Of a DNA stretch of 64,000 nucleotides, positions 29,329-38,422 are shown piece by piece. This DNA is from an uncultured Gammaproteobacteria bacterium (GTDB lineage Bacteria; Patescibacteriota; Patescibacteriia; Magasanikbacterales; UBA922): positions 3,050 through 67,049 of the forward strand of contig CAZTEU010000003.1 of assembly GCA_964612105.1 (NCBI GenBank). The letters run 5' to 3'. A program made the translations under genes and the position numbers. Every line of letters begins with the position of its first letter. Positions within the stretch are counted from its first letter, which is position 1. The notes beneath the pieces are model-generated. The model ran no database searches. It had not been told where the DNA came from and worked only from the letters and a program-made list of their open reading frames with translations.

Positions 29329-30765
29329 ATGACTGACATAACAGATCGCGAAAAAATCCCTCCTCAGAATCTAGAAGCAGAGATGTCTTTACTAGGTTCA
29401 TTACTTGTGGATCCTAACAGCATGTTTAACATTGCAGATTCTGTGAGTGAAGATATTTTCTATAAAAAAGCTCATTCTCAAATCTTCGAAACAATAAGAG
29501 AACTATACAACAAGAACCAACCAATAGATGTTCTTACTGTTGGTAATCGTTTAGAAGAGAAAGAGCTCATAGAAGCTGTAGGAGGAAGAGCATATCTTGT
29601 ACAACTATCCAACAGTGTACCAACAGCTTCCCATATTAAACATTACGCAAAAATAGTAGACAGAAAAGCTACACTAAGAAAATTGCTGAGTGCAGCCCAA
29701 GAAATCAGCGCACTTGGTTATGATGAACAGAACGATAATATCGATGATATTCTAGACAATGCTCAGCAACAGATATATGGAGTTACACAAAAGCACTTAC
29801 GTAGAACATTTACACCAATTCGCAATGTTCTTAACGATGCTTTCGAACGTATAGATGAGCTACATCGCGAGAAAGGAAAGATGCGTGGAGTTGCAACCGG
29901 TTTCGATAAACTAGACAACCTCCTTTCTGGTTTACAGAAATCAGACTTAGTAATCCTTGCTGCCAGGCCATCCGTAGGTAAAACATCTTTCGCACTAGAT
30001 ATTGTCCGTAATGCTGCACTACGCTCAAGCATACCTGTAGGGTTCTTCTCTTTGGAGATGAGCAAAGAACAACTAGTAGACCGTCTGCTTTGTGCAGAAG
30101 CAGGAGTAGACTTATGGAAGTTACGTACAGGAAATCTGTCAGATAAGCCGGGAAGTGAGGACTTTCCAAGAATAGGTCATGCAATGGGAACTCTCTCTGA
30201 GGCAAAAATTTTTATAGACGATACTCCTGGTAACACAGTTATGCAGATTCGTGCAAAAGCAAGAAGACTGCAGGCAGAACATGGTCTTGGTATGGTTGTA
30301 ATAGACTATATGCAACTAATGGAATCCCCTGGCTCTAAGTGGTCAAATAATCGTGTGCAAGAAGTGGCAGAAATGAGTCGTGGACTAAAAGGTCTTGCCC
30401 GTGAACTAAACGTGCCTGTACTTGCTCTCTCACAGCTATCTCGTGCCGTAGAAAACACAAAACCAGCAATACCAAAACTTGCACATTTACGAGAATCTGG
30501 TAGTATTGAGCAAGACGCAGATGTCGTTATGTTCATATACCGCAAGGCTGCAGATCGTAATTACCGCATAGAAGACGTGGCACCAGATGAACGACATATT
30601 GCAGAAATTCACATAGCAAAACATCGTAATGGACCAACCGGCCAGGTAAAACTATTCTTCGAAGAAACTCGCGCAAGCTTCCAAAACCTAGACATGGCTC
30701 ATAACACGTCACAACCACCTGCACAAAGCTCACCAAAACCAACAACATCTATTCCTTCATTTTAA
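29329..30765 (+). CDS. dnaB: Replicative DNA helicase
   Basis: PPQNLEAE, AARPSVGKT, FSLEMS, IDYMQL, ALSQLSR, LRESGSIEQDAD, KHRNGPTG; no intein. Confidence 0.98.
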   Translation: MTDITDREKIPPQNLEAEMSLLGSLLVDPNSMFNIADSVSEDIFYKKAHSQIFETIRELYNKNQPIDVLTVGNRLEEKELIEAVGGRAYLVQLSNSVPTASHIKHYAKIVDRKATLRKLLSAAQEISALGYDEQNDNIDDILDNAQQQIYGVTQKHLRRTFTPIRNVLNDAFERIDELHREKGKMRGVATGFDKLDNLLSGLQKSDLVILAARPSVGKTSFALDIVRNAALRSSIPVGFFSLEMSKEQLVDRLLCAEAGVDLWKLRTGNLSDKPGSEDFPRIGHAMGTLSEAKIFIDDTPGNTVMQIRAKARRLQAEHGLGMVVIDYMQLMESPGSKWSNNRVQEVAEMSRGLKGLARELNVPVLALSQLSRAVENTKPAIPKLAHLRESGSIEQDADVVMFIYRKAADRNYRIEDVAPDERHIAEIHIAKHRNGPTGQVKLFFEETRASFQNLDMAHNTSQPPAQSSPKPTTSIPSF

Positions 30766-30773
30766 TAATACAT

Positions 30774-31073
30774 ATGTTCAACAAACTAAAACAATTCAAA
30801 GACCTGCGCTCACAAGCAAAGAGCATGCAGTCAGAGCTAGCAAAGGAAAAAATAACATCATCATCTGGTGGAGTTTCAATAACCCTAGACGGAAACATAG
30901 CTATGACAGACATAAGTATAGACGCAGACTTGCTAAATCCAGACAAAAAGAATAAATTAGAAGAAGCCATTAAGGAGTCTCATAAAGACGCACTAAAGAA
31001 AATACAAAGAACAATGGCTATGAAAATGAAAGAAATGGGGGGGCTCCCACAAATACCGGGGCTGAATGCCTAA
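30774..31073 (+). CDS. YbaB/EbfC nucleoid-associated protein
   Basis: About 100 aa directly before recR; QAKSMQSEL..GGVSITLDG pattern. Confidence 0.85.
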   Translation: MFNKLKQFKDLRSQAKSMQSELAKEKITSSSGGVSITLDGNIAMTDISIDADLLNPDKKNKLEEAIKESHKDALKKIQRTMAMKMKEMGGLPQIPGLNA

Positions 31074-31076
31074 TCC

Positions 31077-31679
31077 ATGTACGCAAGACCAATTCAACAA
31101 CTAATAGATGCGCTCACCAAGCTCCCGTCCGTTGGGCAGCGTACGGCTGAGCGCTTTGTTTTTTACCTACTAAAATCCGGAAAAAAAGACGTAGGTCATC
31201 TTACCGTCTCACTAAAACAACTAATAGACGAAGTAAAGAGCTGTGAAACATGTTGGGACTTCTCCGACTCATCCCCCTGCTATATTTGTAAAAATACAGC
31301 ACGTAACAACAACACAATCTGTGTTATTGCAGAGCATCAGGACTTGCAGACAATAGAAAGGACAGGAACATATTCCGGCCTGTACCATGTATTGCGTGGA
31401 TTAATACGTCCAGAAAGAGAAGACGATATGAGATTCCTTAAGATAAAAGAATTATTAAAACGAGCAAAAGATAAACAAACAAAAGAAGTAATACTAGCAC
31501 TCAGTCCAGATATGCCTGGAGAAACAACTATGATGTTCCTAGAAAGAAAACTGAGCGAAATAAACCCAGAACTAAAGATTACACGCCTAGCACGTGGACT
31601 ACCCATGGGCTCTGACCTGCAGTACGCCGATGAAACCACACTATCCAGCGCACTAAAGCACAGGACGAGTTATAGGTAG
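31077..31679 (+). CDS. recR: Recombination mediator RecR
   Basis: LPSVGQRTAER HhH, CETC..CYIC zinc finger, EVILAL, RLARGLPMGSDLQYAD. Confidence 0.96.
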   Translation: MYARPIQQLIDALTKLPSVGQRTAERFVFYLLKSGKKDVGHLTVSLKQLIDEVKSCETCWDFSDSSPCYICKNTARNNNTICVIAEHQDLQTIERTGTYSGLYHVLRGLIRPEREDDMRFLKIKELLKRAKDKQTKEVILALSPDMPGETTMMFLERKLSEINPELKITRLARGLPMGSDLQYADETTLSSALKHRTSYR

Positions 31680-31711
31680 TGTGAATAGGTAGACTAATGT
31701 ATTGTTATTTC

Positions 31712-31847
31712 ATATAACTAAGTATGTACGGTTCCGAAAATATGACTTATTAAATTTTTAGGGGTTGTCATATTTTCTCCACACAAATTTTTGTCCTTTA
31801 TTATTGCAAATGGAGGACAAAAACTTCGTACATACAAGACGTTAGCT
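31712..31847 (+). mobile_element. Solitary attC-like integron recombination site candidate
   Basis: ATATAAC...GTTAGCT termini, GTATGTACG/CGTACATAC inner arms, two perfect internal stems; 136 bp. Confidence 0.5.
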
Positions 31848-31868
31848 GAAATATTAACTCACACCAAC

Positions 31869-31898
31869 AAAAAAACCTCCGTTGTACGGAGATTTTTT
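31869..31898. terminator. Intrinsic terminator after recR and the attC-like site
   Basis: CTCCGT-TGT-ACGGAG stem with A- and T-tracts. Confidence 0.65.
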
Positions 31899-31987
31899 AT
31901 AATTAGATTATGATGCTATTTTGACTTTTTATTATAATTAGAGTATCTTATACTAAAATTAATAATTAATCATATAAGAAAAACTGT

Positions 31988-32242
31988 ATGCCAAATCCAG
32001 AAAGTGGTCAAAACCCTGACTTGAGTAAAGAGGGTATGTCTCTTGATTTAACACCTAGAGAAAAAGAAATTCTAACCAAAGAGCTAGATCGTTCCATAAA
32101 TCCAAAACAAGGTGGATTGGGACTCCAATACGCAATAGAGCTTTTTGATTTGTACGAAAAGGTTGCTGGACAAAAACACCCAAAGGATGATGGAGAGTTG
32201 AGAAAGCAGGCAGATACTGCTCGACTCAGTGATGATAGTTAA
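31988..32242 (+). CDS. Small hypothetical protein (84 aa)
   Basis: ORF with an upstream TTGACT-17-TATCTT promoter (31921-31949) and a downstream terminator. Confidence 0.6.
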   Translation: MPNPESGQNPDLSKEGMSLDLTPREKEILTKELDRSINPKQGGLGLQYAIELFDLYEKVAGQKHPKDDGELRKQADTARLSDDS

Positions 32243-32271
32243 TATGACTAATTGCTGAAGATTGTACAACC

Positions 32272-32299
32272 AAAAACCCCGCTTTACAGCGGGGTTTTT
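32272..32299. terminator. Bidirectional terminator between the orphan and rplU
   Basis: AAAAACCCCGCT-TTAC-AGCGGGGTTTTT. Confidence 0.85.
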
Positions 32300-32300
32300 A

Positions 32301-32609
32301 TTATGATGCTATTTTAACCTTTGTCTTGTGTTGACGGTGTCCAATTACACGTTTGTATCTAGTTTTTCTTTTGTATTTAACAACACGTATTTTCTTGTCT
32401 CGTCCTTGTGACTCAACCTGTGCTGTAATTGTTACTCCTTCTAGATATGGTGTACCTATCTTTACATCTGTACCATCGTCTTTAGCAGTAAGTAGTACTT
32501 TATCAAAAACAACGTCTTCACCAGCTTCTCCCTTAATCTTCTCAATCTTAAGGGCATCACCGGTTTTTACTAGGTATTGTTTTCCACCTGTTTGAATAAC
32601 AGCTTGCAT
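32301..32609 (-). CDS. rplU: 50S ribosomal protein L21
   Basis: AVIQTGGKQYLV, IGTPYLEG, GHRQ. Confidence 0.97.
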   Translation of the reverse strand: MQAVIQTGGKQYLVKTGDALKIEKIKGEAGEDVVFDKVLLTAKDDGTDVKIGTPYLEGVTITAQVESQGRDKKIRVVKYKRKTRYKRVIGHRQHKTKVKIAS

Positions 32610-32636
32610 AAGCGTTCTTTTAATTAGTGTGGCAAG

Positions 32637-32665
32637 AGTATAACATTAGCTCTTTAGGAAGTCAA
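32637..32665 (-). promoter_or_regulatory. rplU promoter
   Basis: TTGACT-17 nt-TATACT on the minus strand. Confidence 0.7.
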
Positions 32666-32668
32666 GCC

Positions 32669-34657
32669 CTAGTCTGTTAGTAGAATAGGGTCAGATATGC
32701 CTGTATTCCACTCCCCAATACGCCGTATTTGCCCAGAAAATACCCTTATTTCGTCTTTTTTGGCTAATATCAGGTCATCCGCACTATCTCCGTCATAATC
32801 CCCTACAGAGACAGATATACCCCCTCTGTGACTTGGGTCAAAACCCCAGAATCTACGTAGCTGTTCTCCATCCAGGTTATATGTAGCAACCCATGGACCA
32901 TCTTGCTGCCCACCAACTATTACAAGCTCCTGCACTCCATTTCCATCCACATCTCCGCTGTCTAATCTAGGGGTGCGCAGGAAATCTATGGTAAAATCCT
33001 TGGTTCTTGACATTGAACTATCGTACTGAGAGATTTTGGACTGTTTCTTGCCATATTTTGCTACCACTACAGTTTTTTGGGTGTTACTTAGTCCAATAAG
33101 AGATAAGTCTGTACCCATATGGGTAGTGCTATCTTTTGCACTACCTAACTCTTCTCCAGATAGTGTGTACACTGAATACACAGTCTTGCTGGAGTATTTT
33201 GGTGATAATATAACCTCTATATCACTATCTCCCTGCACGTCCCCTGCTTCTATATTTACCAATCCTCTGGATTTAGCTATCCAAGAATACTTGTTAGTCC
33301 AGCTGGAATCGTATATGTCTATCTGTGAACTACTTCGTGAGATTTTTCTTGCTGTTGCATAGTATCGCAGGCCGTCTGACATAAACGATGTTATATCATC
33401 TACTCCTTTGAGAAGATTTAGTCCTGGAACAGCTCCGGAAGTTAGTTTTCCATTTTCTACGTGTGCTTGTCCGCTTGTTGGATTAATTGCCCACACACGT
33501 TCCACTTTTGTTGTTGTTCCTAGCTGTGAAAGTGCATAACGAACAGCCTTATCCACTTGTAGCAGTCCTGCTCCATATACAAGTGCGTATTCTTCTTCAT
33601 TATCCGGTGGTGTTTTATGGACAGTGCTTAGTATGGTGTTAAATATCTCTATTGGTCCCCATGTTGGTTGTATTCCTTTTATCAGTGCGGCTGCTCCAGA
33701 GATTAATGGTGTCGCAAATGATGTTCCACGCCAACCTTCGTAATAACGATCTGGAAGGTTGTGTTTTGTAGAGAAACGACCAATACTGTTTATCTCTTCT
33801 GCAGGGGCTGTAATGTCTATACATGTACTTCCTAGATTTGAAAATATTGATCTGTAATGGTTCTTTGCTATTCCACTAATACCTAAGACTTTTTCTGTTG
33901 AACCTGAAGCGTCTGCACATATTGGATAGAAAGGGGTTCCATCTAGGTTAATACTGCTGTTTCCTGCGGCAGCAATAACAGTTACTCCCCTATCGTAGGC
34001 ATAATTAATTGCTTCCTCAACTTCTATCACAGAATCTACACCAACTAGTGAGATGTTAATTATATCTGCTCCGTTGTCCACAGCATAGTAGATTGCATCT
34101 GGAATATAGAAGATTGTACCTACTCCACCATTATCTATTACTTTTAGGTTCATTAGTCTTACATTCCAGGCAATTCCTGTTCCATCTATTTCGTTATCAC
34201 CTTTTGCACCAATAATTCCAGCGACTGCGGTTCCATGATGGAATCTACCACCTTTAATTTCGTCTTGTGTAAGACTATCTACAGGTGGTCGTGGATTATT
34301 ATTTCCTTTGTACTCTTGTTCATCCATATATCCATCACCATTGGTATCTTCTGGAACAAAATTCCAACCCCATATATCATCAATAAAACCATTCATGTCA
34401 TCATCTATTCCATTTCCACGAACTTCCCCTTTGTTTATCCAAATATTATCAACCAGGTCTGGATGAAAAGTATCAAAGCCATTATCTATTACAGCGACTA
34501 TGACCTCTTTAGAGCCTGTGGTGTAATCCCAGGCTTCGTAAGCTCTTATATCTTCGTATGCCCACTGTTTAGCGTTTGGGTCGTTTGGAATGCGTGCTGA
34601 CGTAATTTGTGGAAATAAAAATAGCCCACAAAGTGCAATATATATAATAGGTTTCAT
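32669..34657 (-). CDS. Secreted S8 subtilisin-like protease with a C-terminal FG-GAP/VCBS-like propeller
   Basis: Signal peptide; triad VAVIDNG, HHGTAVAG, GTSFATP; GDVQGD, GDVDGNG and GDYDGD repeats. Confidence 0.9.
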   Translation of the reverse strand: MKPIIYIALCGLFLFPQITSARIPNDPNAKQWAYEDIRAYEAWDYTTGSKEVIVAVIDNGFDTFHPDLVDNIWINKGEVRGNGIDDDMNGFIDDIWGWNFVPEDTNGDGYMDEQEYKGNNNPRPPVDSLTQDEIKGGRFHHGTAVAGIIGAKGDNEIDGTGIAWNVRLMNLKVIDNGGVGTIFYIPDAIYYAVDNGADIINISLVGVDSVIEVEEAINYAYDRGVTVIAAAGNSSINLDGTPFYPICADASGSTEKVLGISGIAKNHYRSIFSNLGSTCIDITAPAEEINSIGRFSTKHNLPDRYYEGWRGTSFATPLISGAAALIKGIQPTWGPIEIFNTILSTVHKTPPDNEEEYALVYGAGLLQVDKAVRYALSQLGTTTKVERVWAINPTSGQAHVENGKLTSGAVPGLNLLKGVDDITSFMSDGLRYYATARKISRSSSQIDIYDSSWTNKYSWIAKSRGLVNIEAGDVQGDSDIEVILSPKYSSKTVYSVYTLSGEELGSAKDSTTHMGTDLSLIGLSNTQKTVVVAKYGKKQSKISQYDSSMSRTKDFTIDFLRTPRLDSGDVDGNGVQELVIVGGQQDGPWVATYNLDGEQLRRFWGFDPSHRGGISVSVGDYDGDSADDLILAKKDEIRVFSGQIRRIGEWNTGISDPILLTD

Positions 34658-34661
34658 ATTC

Positions 34662-36071
34662 TTATAATGATTCAAAAGAGTTGTTTATATAGTTATTAGG
34701 TCTCGCAGTATCGTGAACTCCGAGGGACTGGTCGACTGATATATTATATGAGTTTTCAATTATAAACAAGTCCCATCCATCTGTTGCTCCATGAGGGTAA
34801 ATATATGTTCCATCTGGAATGCTATCTAAGGTGCCTGTTCCAACTGGAGAAAAACCTTTCTTTACCTCATCACCATCCTTGTAAGAGTCGCCGTCTGTGT
34901 CTGATTTAATTGGATTACTGCGCCAGTAATATATCTCCTCATAGTCTGTTAGACCATCACCGTCTGTATCATCTTTACTATCTGATGAGCCCTGCTCTAT
35001 TTCCATTGATTTTCTTACACCGTCGTGGTCTCCATCATAAACATTTTCTGAAGCCTTTGCTACACTAAATCCACGTACTGAATAAAAATTACTTTCTAGA
35101 AAATCCAGGGTTATTACTCTCTCTTTCCAATCATGGCCGTATAATATTGAAGCTTCTGCATCTGATCTTAGCGGACGAAGGTGACACCCTGGCTCTGGAG
35201 CATATACACGTGAAACGCCCTTAAACTTCACCAGCCATGTTCCAGCTTTAACACACATTGGATTTCCTATTTGATACTGCTTAACAAGTGTAGGACTAAT
35301 TACTTCTACACTATCAAAATCACTATACCAAGTGTGATATGTTGCCAGATTTGTAAATGGGTGGAGTTTTCCGTCAAAACCAACGTAGTATATAGGGCTA
35401 TTACTTGTACGTACTACAGACATTGCATCTAACTCTGGATCCTGGGCTGTGAATTCTATGGTTCTTTCTACTATCTCTGTCTTTCCATTTCCATCCTTAA
35501 ACTCAACATACACAGTCTTTGTGCCAGCACCCTCACTTAATACCCACTCTAGGCTGTCTGTAACTGCCTGATATTCTATCCCATTAAGATCTGGGTTATT
35601 ACTTATAGCCATAAGCTCCACACCAGTTGAGTATTCGAAAGTAAGAACTACATTACGAGAATCTGTCTTCTTATTATCCCCATTAATGTGGAAATCTACA
35701 TTTCTATGTTCTGGAACAGATAAAACAATCTGATCGGAAAATATCTTTGTCTCATTTCCTTTATTACTCTTGAACTTAACATAAACTGTGTGTGTTCCAT
35801 TTCCAAATGGAAGTTTCCACTGTTTGGATGTTTTGTATTGTTCCCAAACTGCACCATCAAAAGATATATTGTTAGCTACTGACATTTGGAAGTCCATTCC
35901 AGTTGGTGCATTAAAAAACAGCGTAACTAATCTATGTTTAGTTACTGAGCCATATTGATTAATTTGTATGCGACCAGTTATGGCACTCGTACTAGATAAA
36001 TCAAAAACAAGAAAAGTGGCAAAAACCAGTATTACCACACTGAGGGCAATTATGAGTTGATTTTTTCGCAT
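34662..36071 (-). CDS. Secreted/surface protein with duplicated Ig-like modules and DxDGDG Ca-binding repeats
   Basis: Signal/TM; two W.L..G.GT.TVYV.FK repeats; DGDHDG, DTDGDGLTD and DTDGDSYKD. Confidence 0.75.
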   Translation of the reverse strand: MRKNQLIIALSVVILVFATFLVFDLSSTSAITGRIQINQYGSVTKHRLVTLFFNAPTGMDFQMSVANNISFDGAVWEQYKTSKQWKLPFGNGTHTVYVKFKSNKGNETKIFSDQIVLSVPEHRNVDFHINGDNKKTDSRNVVLTFEYSTGVELMAISNNPDLNGIEYQAVTDSLEWVLSEGAGTKTVYVEFKDGNGKTEIVERTIEFTAQDPELDAMSVVRTSNSPIYYVGFDGKLHPFTNLATYHTWYSDFDSVEVISPTLVKQYQIGNPMCVKAGTWLVKFKGVSRVYAPEPGCHLRPLRSDAEASILYGHDWKERVITLDFLESNFYSVRGFSVAKASENVYDGDHDGVRKSMEIEQGSSDSKDDTDGDGLTDYEEIYYWRSNPIKSDTDGDSYKDGDEVKKGFSPVGTGTLDSIPDGTYIYPHGATDGWDLFIIENSYNISVDQSLGVHDTARPNNYINNSFESL

Positions 36072-36107
36072 AGTTATGCTATAAACATATACAGTATACA
36101 TTACTTT

Positions 36108-37499
36108 ATGCATTTTGTGTATCGACTAAAACAGCTAATCCTAATATCCGGAGACCTGGGTAGTTTTTTTATTGGCCTGTGGCTTGCTTTGTCTATAAGA
36201 AATCTAAGCACTCCTTCCGCAGAATACTACATAGAGCACCTACCTCAATTTATATGGATATTTTTATTCTGGGTCATTGTTAACTTTATTAACGGTATTT
36301 TTGATCTTGCAAAGGTTAGACACACGTTTGCATTCTACAGAAGATTTATTGAGACAGCTGTTGCATCCCTTCTCGTTGGTGTAATATTTTTCTACGTTGT
36401 GCCAATTACTATTCTCACCCCTAAAACCATATTGCTATTAACAGTACTGTTTGGATATGGATCTAGTCTACTCTGGAGAATATTCTATATTCATGCGTTT
36501 GGAAAACACAGATTACAGACTAAGATACTATTTGTAGGATATAAAAAAGAGGTTGGTGAGCTGATTGATATAATAAAAGCTCAACCAGAACAAGGTTATG
36601 TGTGCGGTGCCGTTATAGACCCAGATAATATTGTAAATTCTAATGATATAAATGGTGCAGAGCTATATCACACATTAAAAACAATAAGACCTGCAATATC
36701 TACTCACGATATTAAACTAGTGGTTATTGCACCTCATCTGAGAGAAGATGAGGATACACTTAGAGAATTGTATGAACTACTTTTCTGGTCTGTACAAGTA
36801 ACAGACTTATCATCTTTTTACCAACTAATTACAGGCAGAATACCACCTTCCACTTTTTCTGAGGGTTGGTTTTTAGATCATCTAAAGAATCACACCCAAC
36901 CAGCATATAATTCAATAAGAAGGATTTCTGATTATATTGGTGGGGTAATATTATCTATTACTTTTTTATTGCTATTTATTCCAATTGCAATTGCTATTAA
37001 AGTAAACTCAAAAGGACCTGTCCTGTACACACAAAATAGGGTTGGAGAGAAAGGAAGAAAATTTAAGATATATAAATTCCGCTCAATGTACTCTCTTGGA
37101 GCAGATGGTGGCGCAGAAGTTGGAGATGTGCAATTTGCAAAAAAAGGAGACAAGCGTATTACAAAAGTTGGGGGTATATTAAGAAAAACAAGATTGGATG
37201 AACTACCTCAATTTATTAACCTTCTAAAAGGTGATGTTACTATTATTGGACCTCGCCCTGAAAGACCAGAAATTGTAGAGAAGCTGGAAGAAAAAATGCC
37301 ATATTACAATCTTAGGCACGTAATTAAACCTGGAATATCTGGGTGGGCACAGGTTAATCAGCATTATACAGATAATTTAGAAACCTCCTTGCAAAAGTTA
37401 CAGTATGATTTGTACTATATAAAAAATAGATCCTTTTTATTGGATCTATCAATCATGCTTAGGACAGTGAATGTTTTGTTCCGTTTAATGGGTCAATAG
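36108..37499 (+). CDS. Polyprenyl-phosphate sugar-1-phosphate transferase (WbaP/WcaJ family initiating enzyme)
   Basis: Four N-terminal TMs, FKIYKFRSM, LRKTRLDELPQ, IGPRPE, KPGISGWAQ, YDLYYIKN. Confidence 0.93.
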   Translation: MHFVYRLKQLILISGDLGSFFIGLWLALSIRNLSTPSAEYYIEHLPQFIWIFLFWVIVNFINGIFDLAKVRHTFAFYRRFIETAVASLLVGVIFFYVVPITILTPKTILLLTVLFGYGSSLLWRIFYIHAFGKHRLQTKILFVGYKKEVGELIDIIKAQPEQGYVCGAVIDPDNIVNSNDINGAELYHTLKTIRPAISTHDIKLVVIAPHLREDEDTLRELYELLFWSVQVTDLSSFYQLITGRIPPSTFSEGWFLDHLKNHTQPAYNSIRRISDYIGGVILSITFLLLFIPIAIAIKVNSKGPVLYTQNRVGEKGRKFKIYKFRSMYSLGADGGAEVGDVQFAKKGDKRITKVGGILRKTRLDELPQFINLLKGDVTIIGPRPERPEIVEKLEEKMPYYNLRHVIKPGISGWAQVNQHYTDNLETSLQKLQYDLYYIKNRSFLLDLSIMLRTVNVLFRLMGQ

Positions 37500-37501
37500 A
37501 A

Positions 37502-38413
37502 CTAAAGGTTCCAATCTTCTTTAAGTTGTTTTATCCCATCTTCAAGAGAAATACTAGACTCCCAACCAAGGAGTTCTTTTGCTTTTGTATTGTCTGCACG
37601 AGAATATCTTGGATCTCCTTTGCGCTCTGGAATTGCTACGGTTTCACCACCTATAATTTCCGCCAACTGATTAACAGAGTGTGGATTACTGTTACCTATG
37701 TTAATAAATTCCCCACTACCAACCGTTTCTTTTTGCATTGCAAGTATATTTGCTCTCACAACATCCTTCACGTGAGTGTAATCGCGATAGTATTCACCAT
37801 CTCCACATATTGTGAGTGGTTCACCTTTGGATTTTTGTAACAAGAATTTTCCTATTACCAAAGCATAGGACCCCTCTGGATCCATATATGGTCCATATAT
37901 ATTAAAATAACACAAGGACACGGTCTCAAGCCCATACAATTCAAAGAACAGTCTGCAGTACTCCTGCCCAGCTAATTTCTGCAATGCATAGGGGCTTTTA
38001 GGGGCTTTTGGCATATCCTCTGTCAAAGCAACTTTTCCTTGAGAGCCACCGTATACTGATGAAGATGTACTGAATACAACCCTTTTTACCCCAGCATCTT
38101 TTGCTTCCATAAGAACATTAAGAGTGCCGTTTATATTATGGTCGTTTGTCTCGTCTGGATGTTCTACAGAATATGGGACACGCGGAACAGCTGCTAGATG
38201 AAATACACCATCAATTCCCTGCATTACTTCCTTAAGCTTGTTTACATCCCTAATATCACCCTCAACATACTCAGCACCATCTTGGAATCTCTCTTCCTTT
38301 TTCCCAGAAATATAACTATCTATCACACGGACAGAGTGTCCGTCAGACAATAGTTGCTTAACTATGTTTGTACCGATGAAGCCTGCCCCACCGGTAACTA
38401 GGTAATGAGACAT
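37502..38413 (-). CDS. NAD-dependent UDP-sugar 4-epimerase (WbpP/GalE-like)
   Basis: TGGAGFIG, FHLAAVPRV, SSSVYG, PYALQK, YFNIYGP. Confidence 0.87.
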   Translation of the reverse strand: MSHYLVTGGAGFIGTNIVKQLLSDGHSVRVIDSYISGKKEERFQDGAEYVEGDIRDVNKLKEVMQGIDGVFHLAAVPRVPYSVEHPDETNDHNINGTLNVLMEAKDAGVKRVVFSTSSSVYGGSQGKVALTEDMPKAPKSPYALQKLAGQEYCRLFFELYGLETVSLCYFNIYGPYMDPEGSYALVIGKFLLQKSKGEPLTICGDGEYYRDYTHVKDVVRANILAMQKETVGSGEFINIGNSNPHSVNQLAEIIGGETVAIPERKGDPRYSRADNTKAKELLGWESSISLEDGIKQLKEDWNL

Positions 38414-38422
38414 AAATGGGGA

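Noticed and set aside
29329-30765. Intein in DnaB
   Set aside because: 478 aa with contiguous helicase motifs; no insertion
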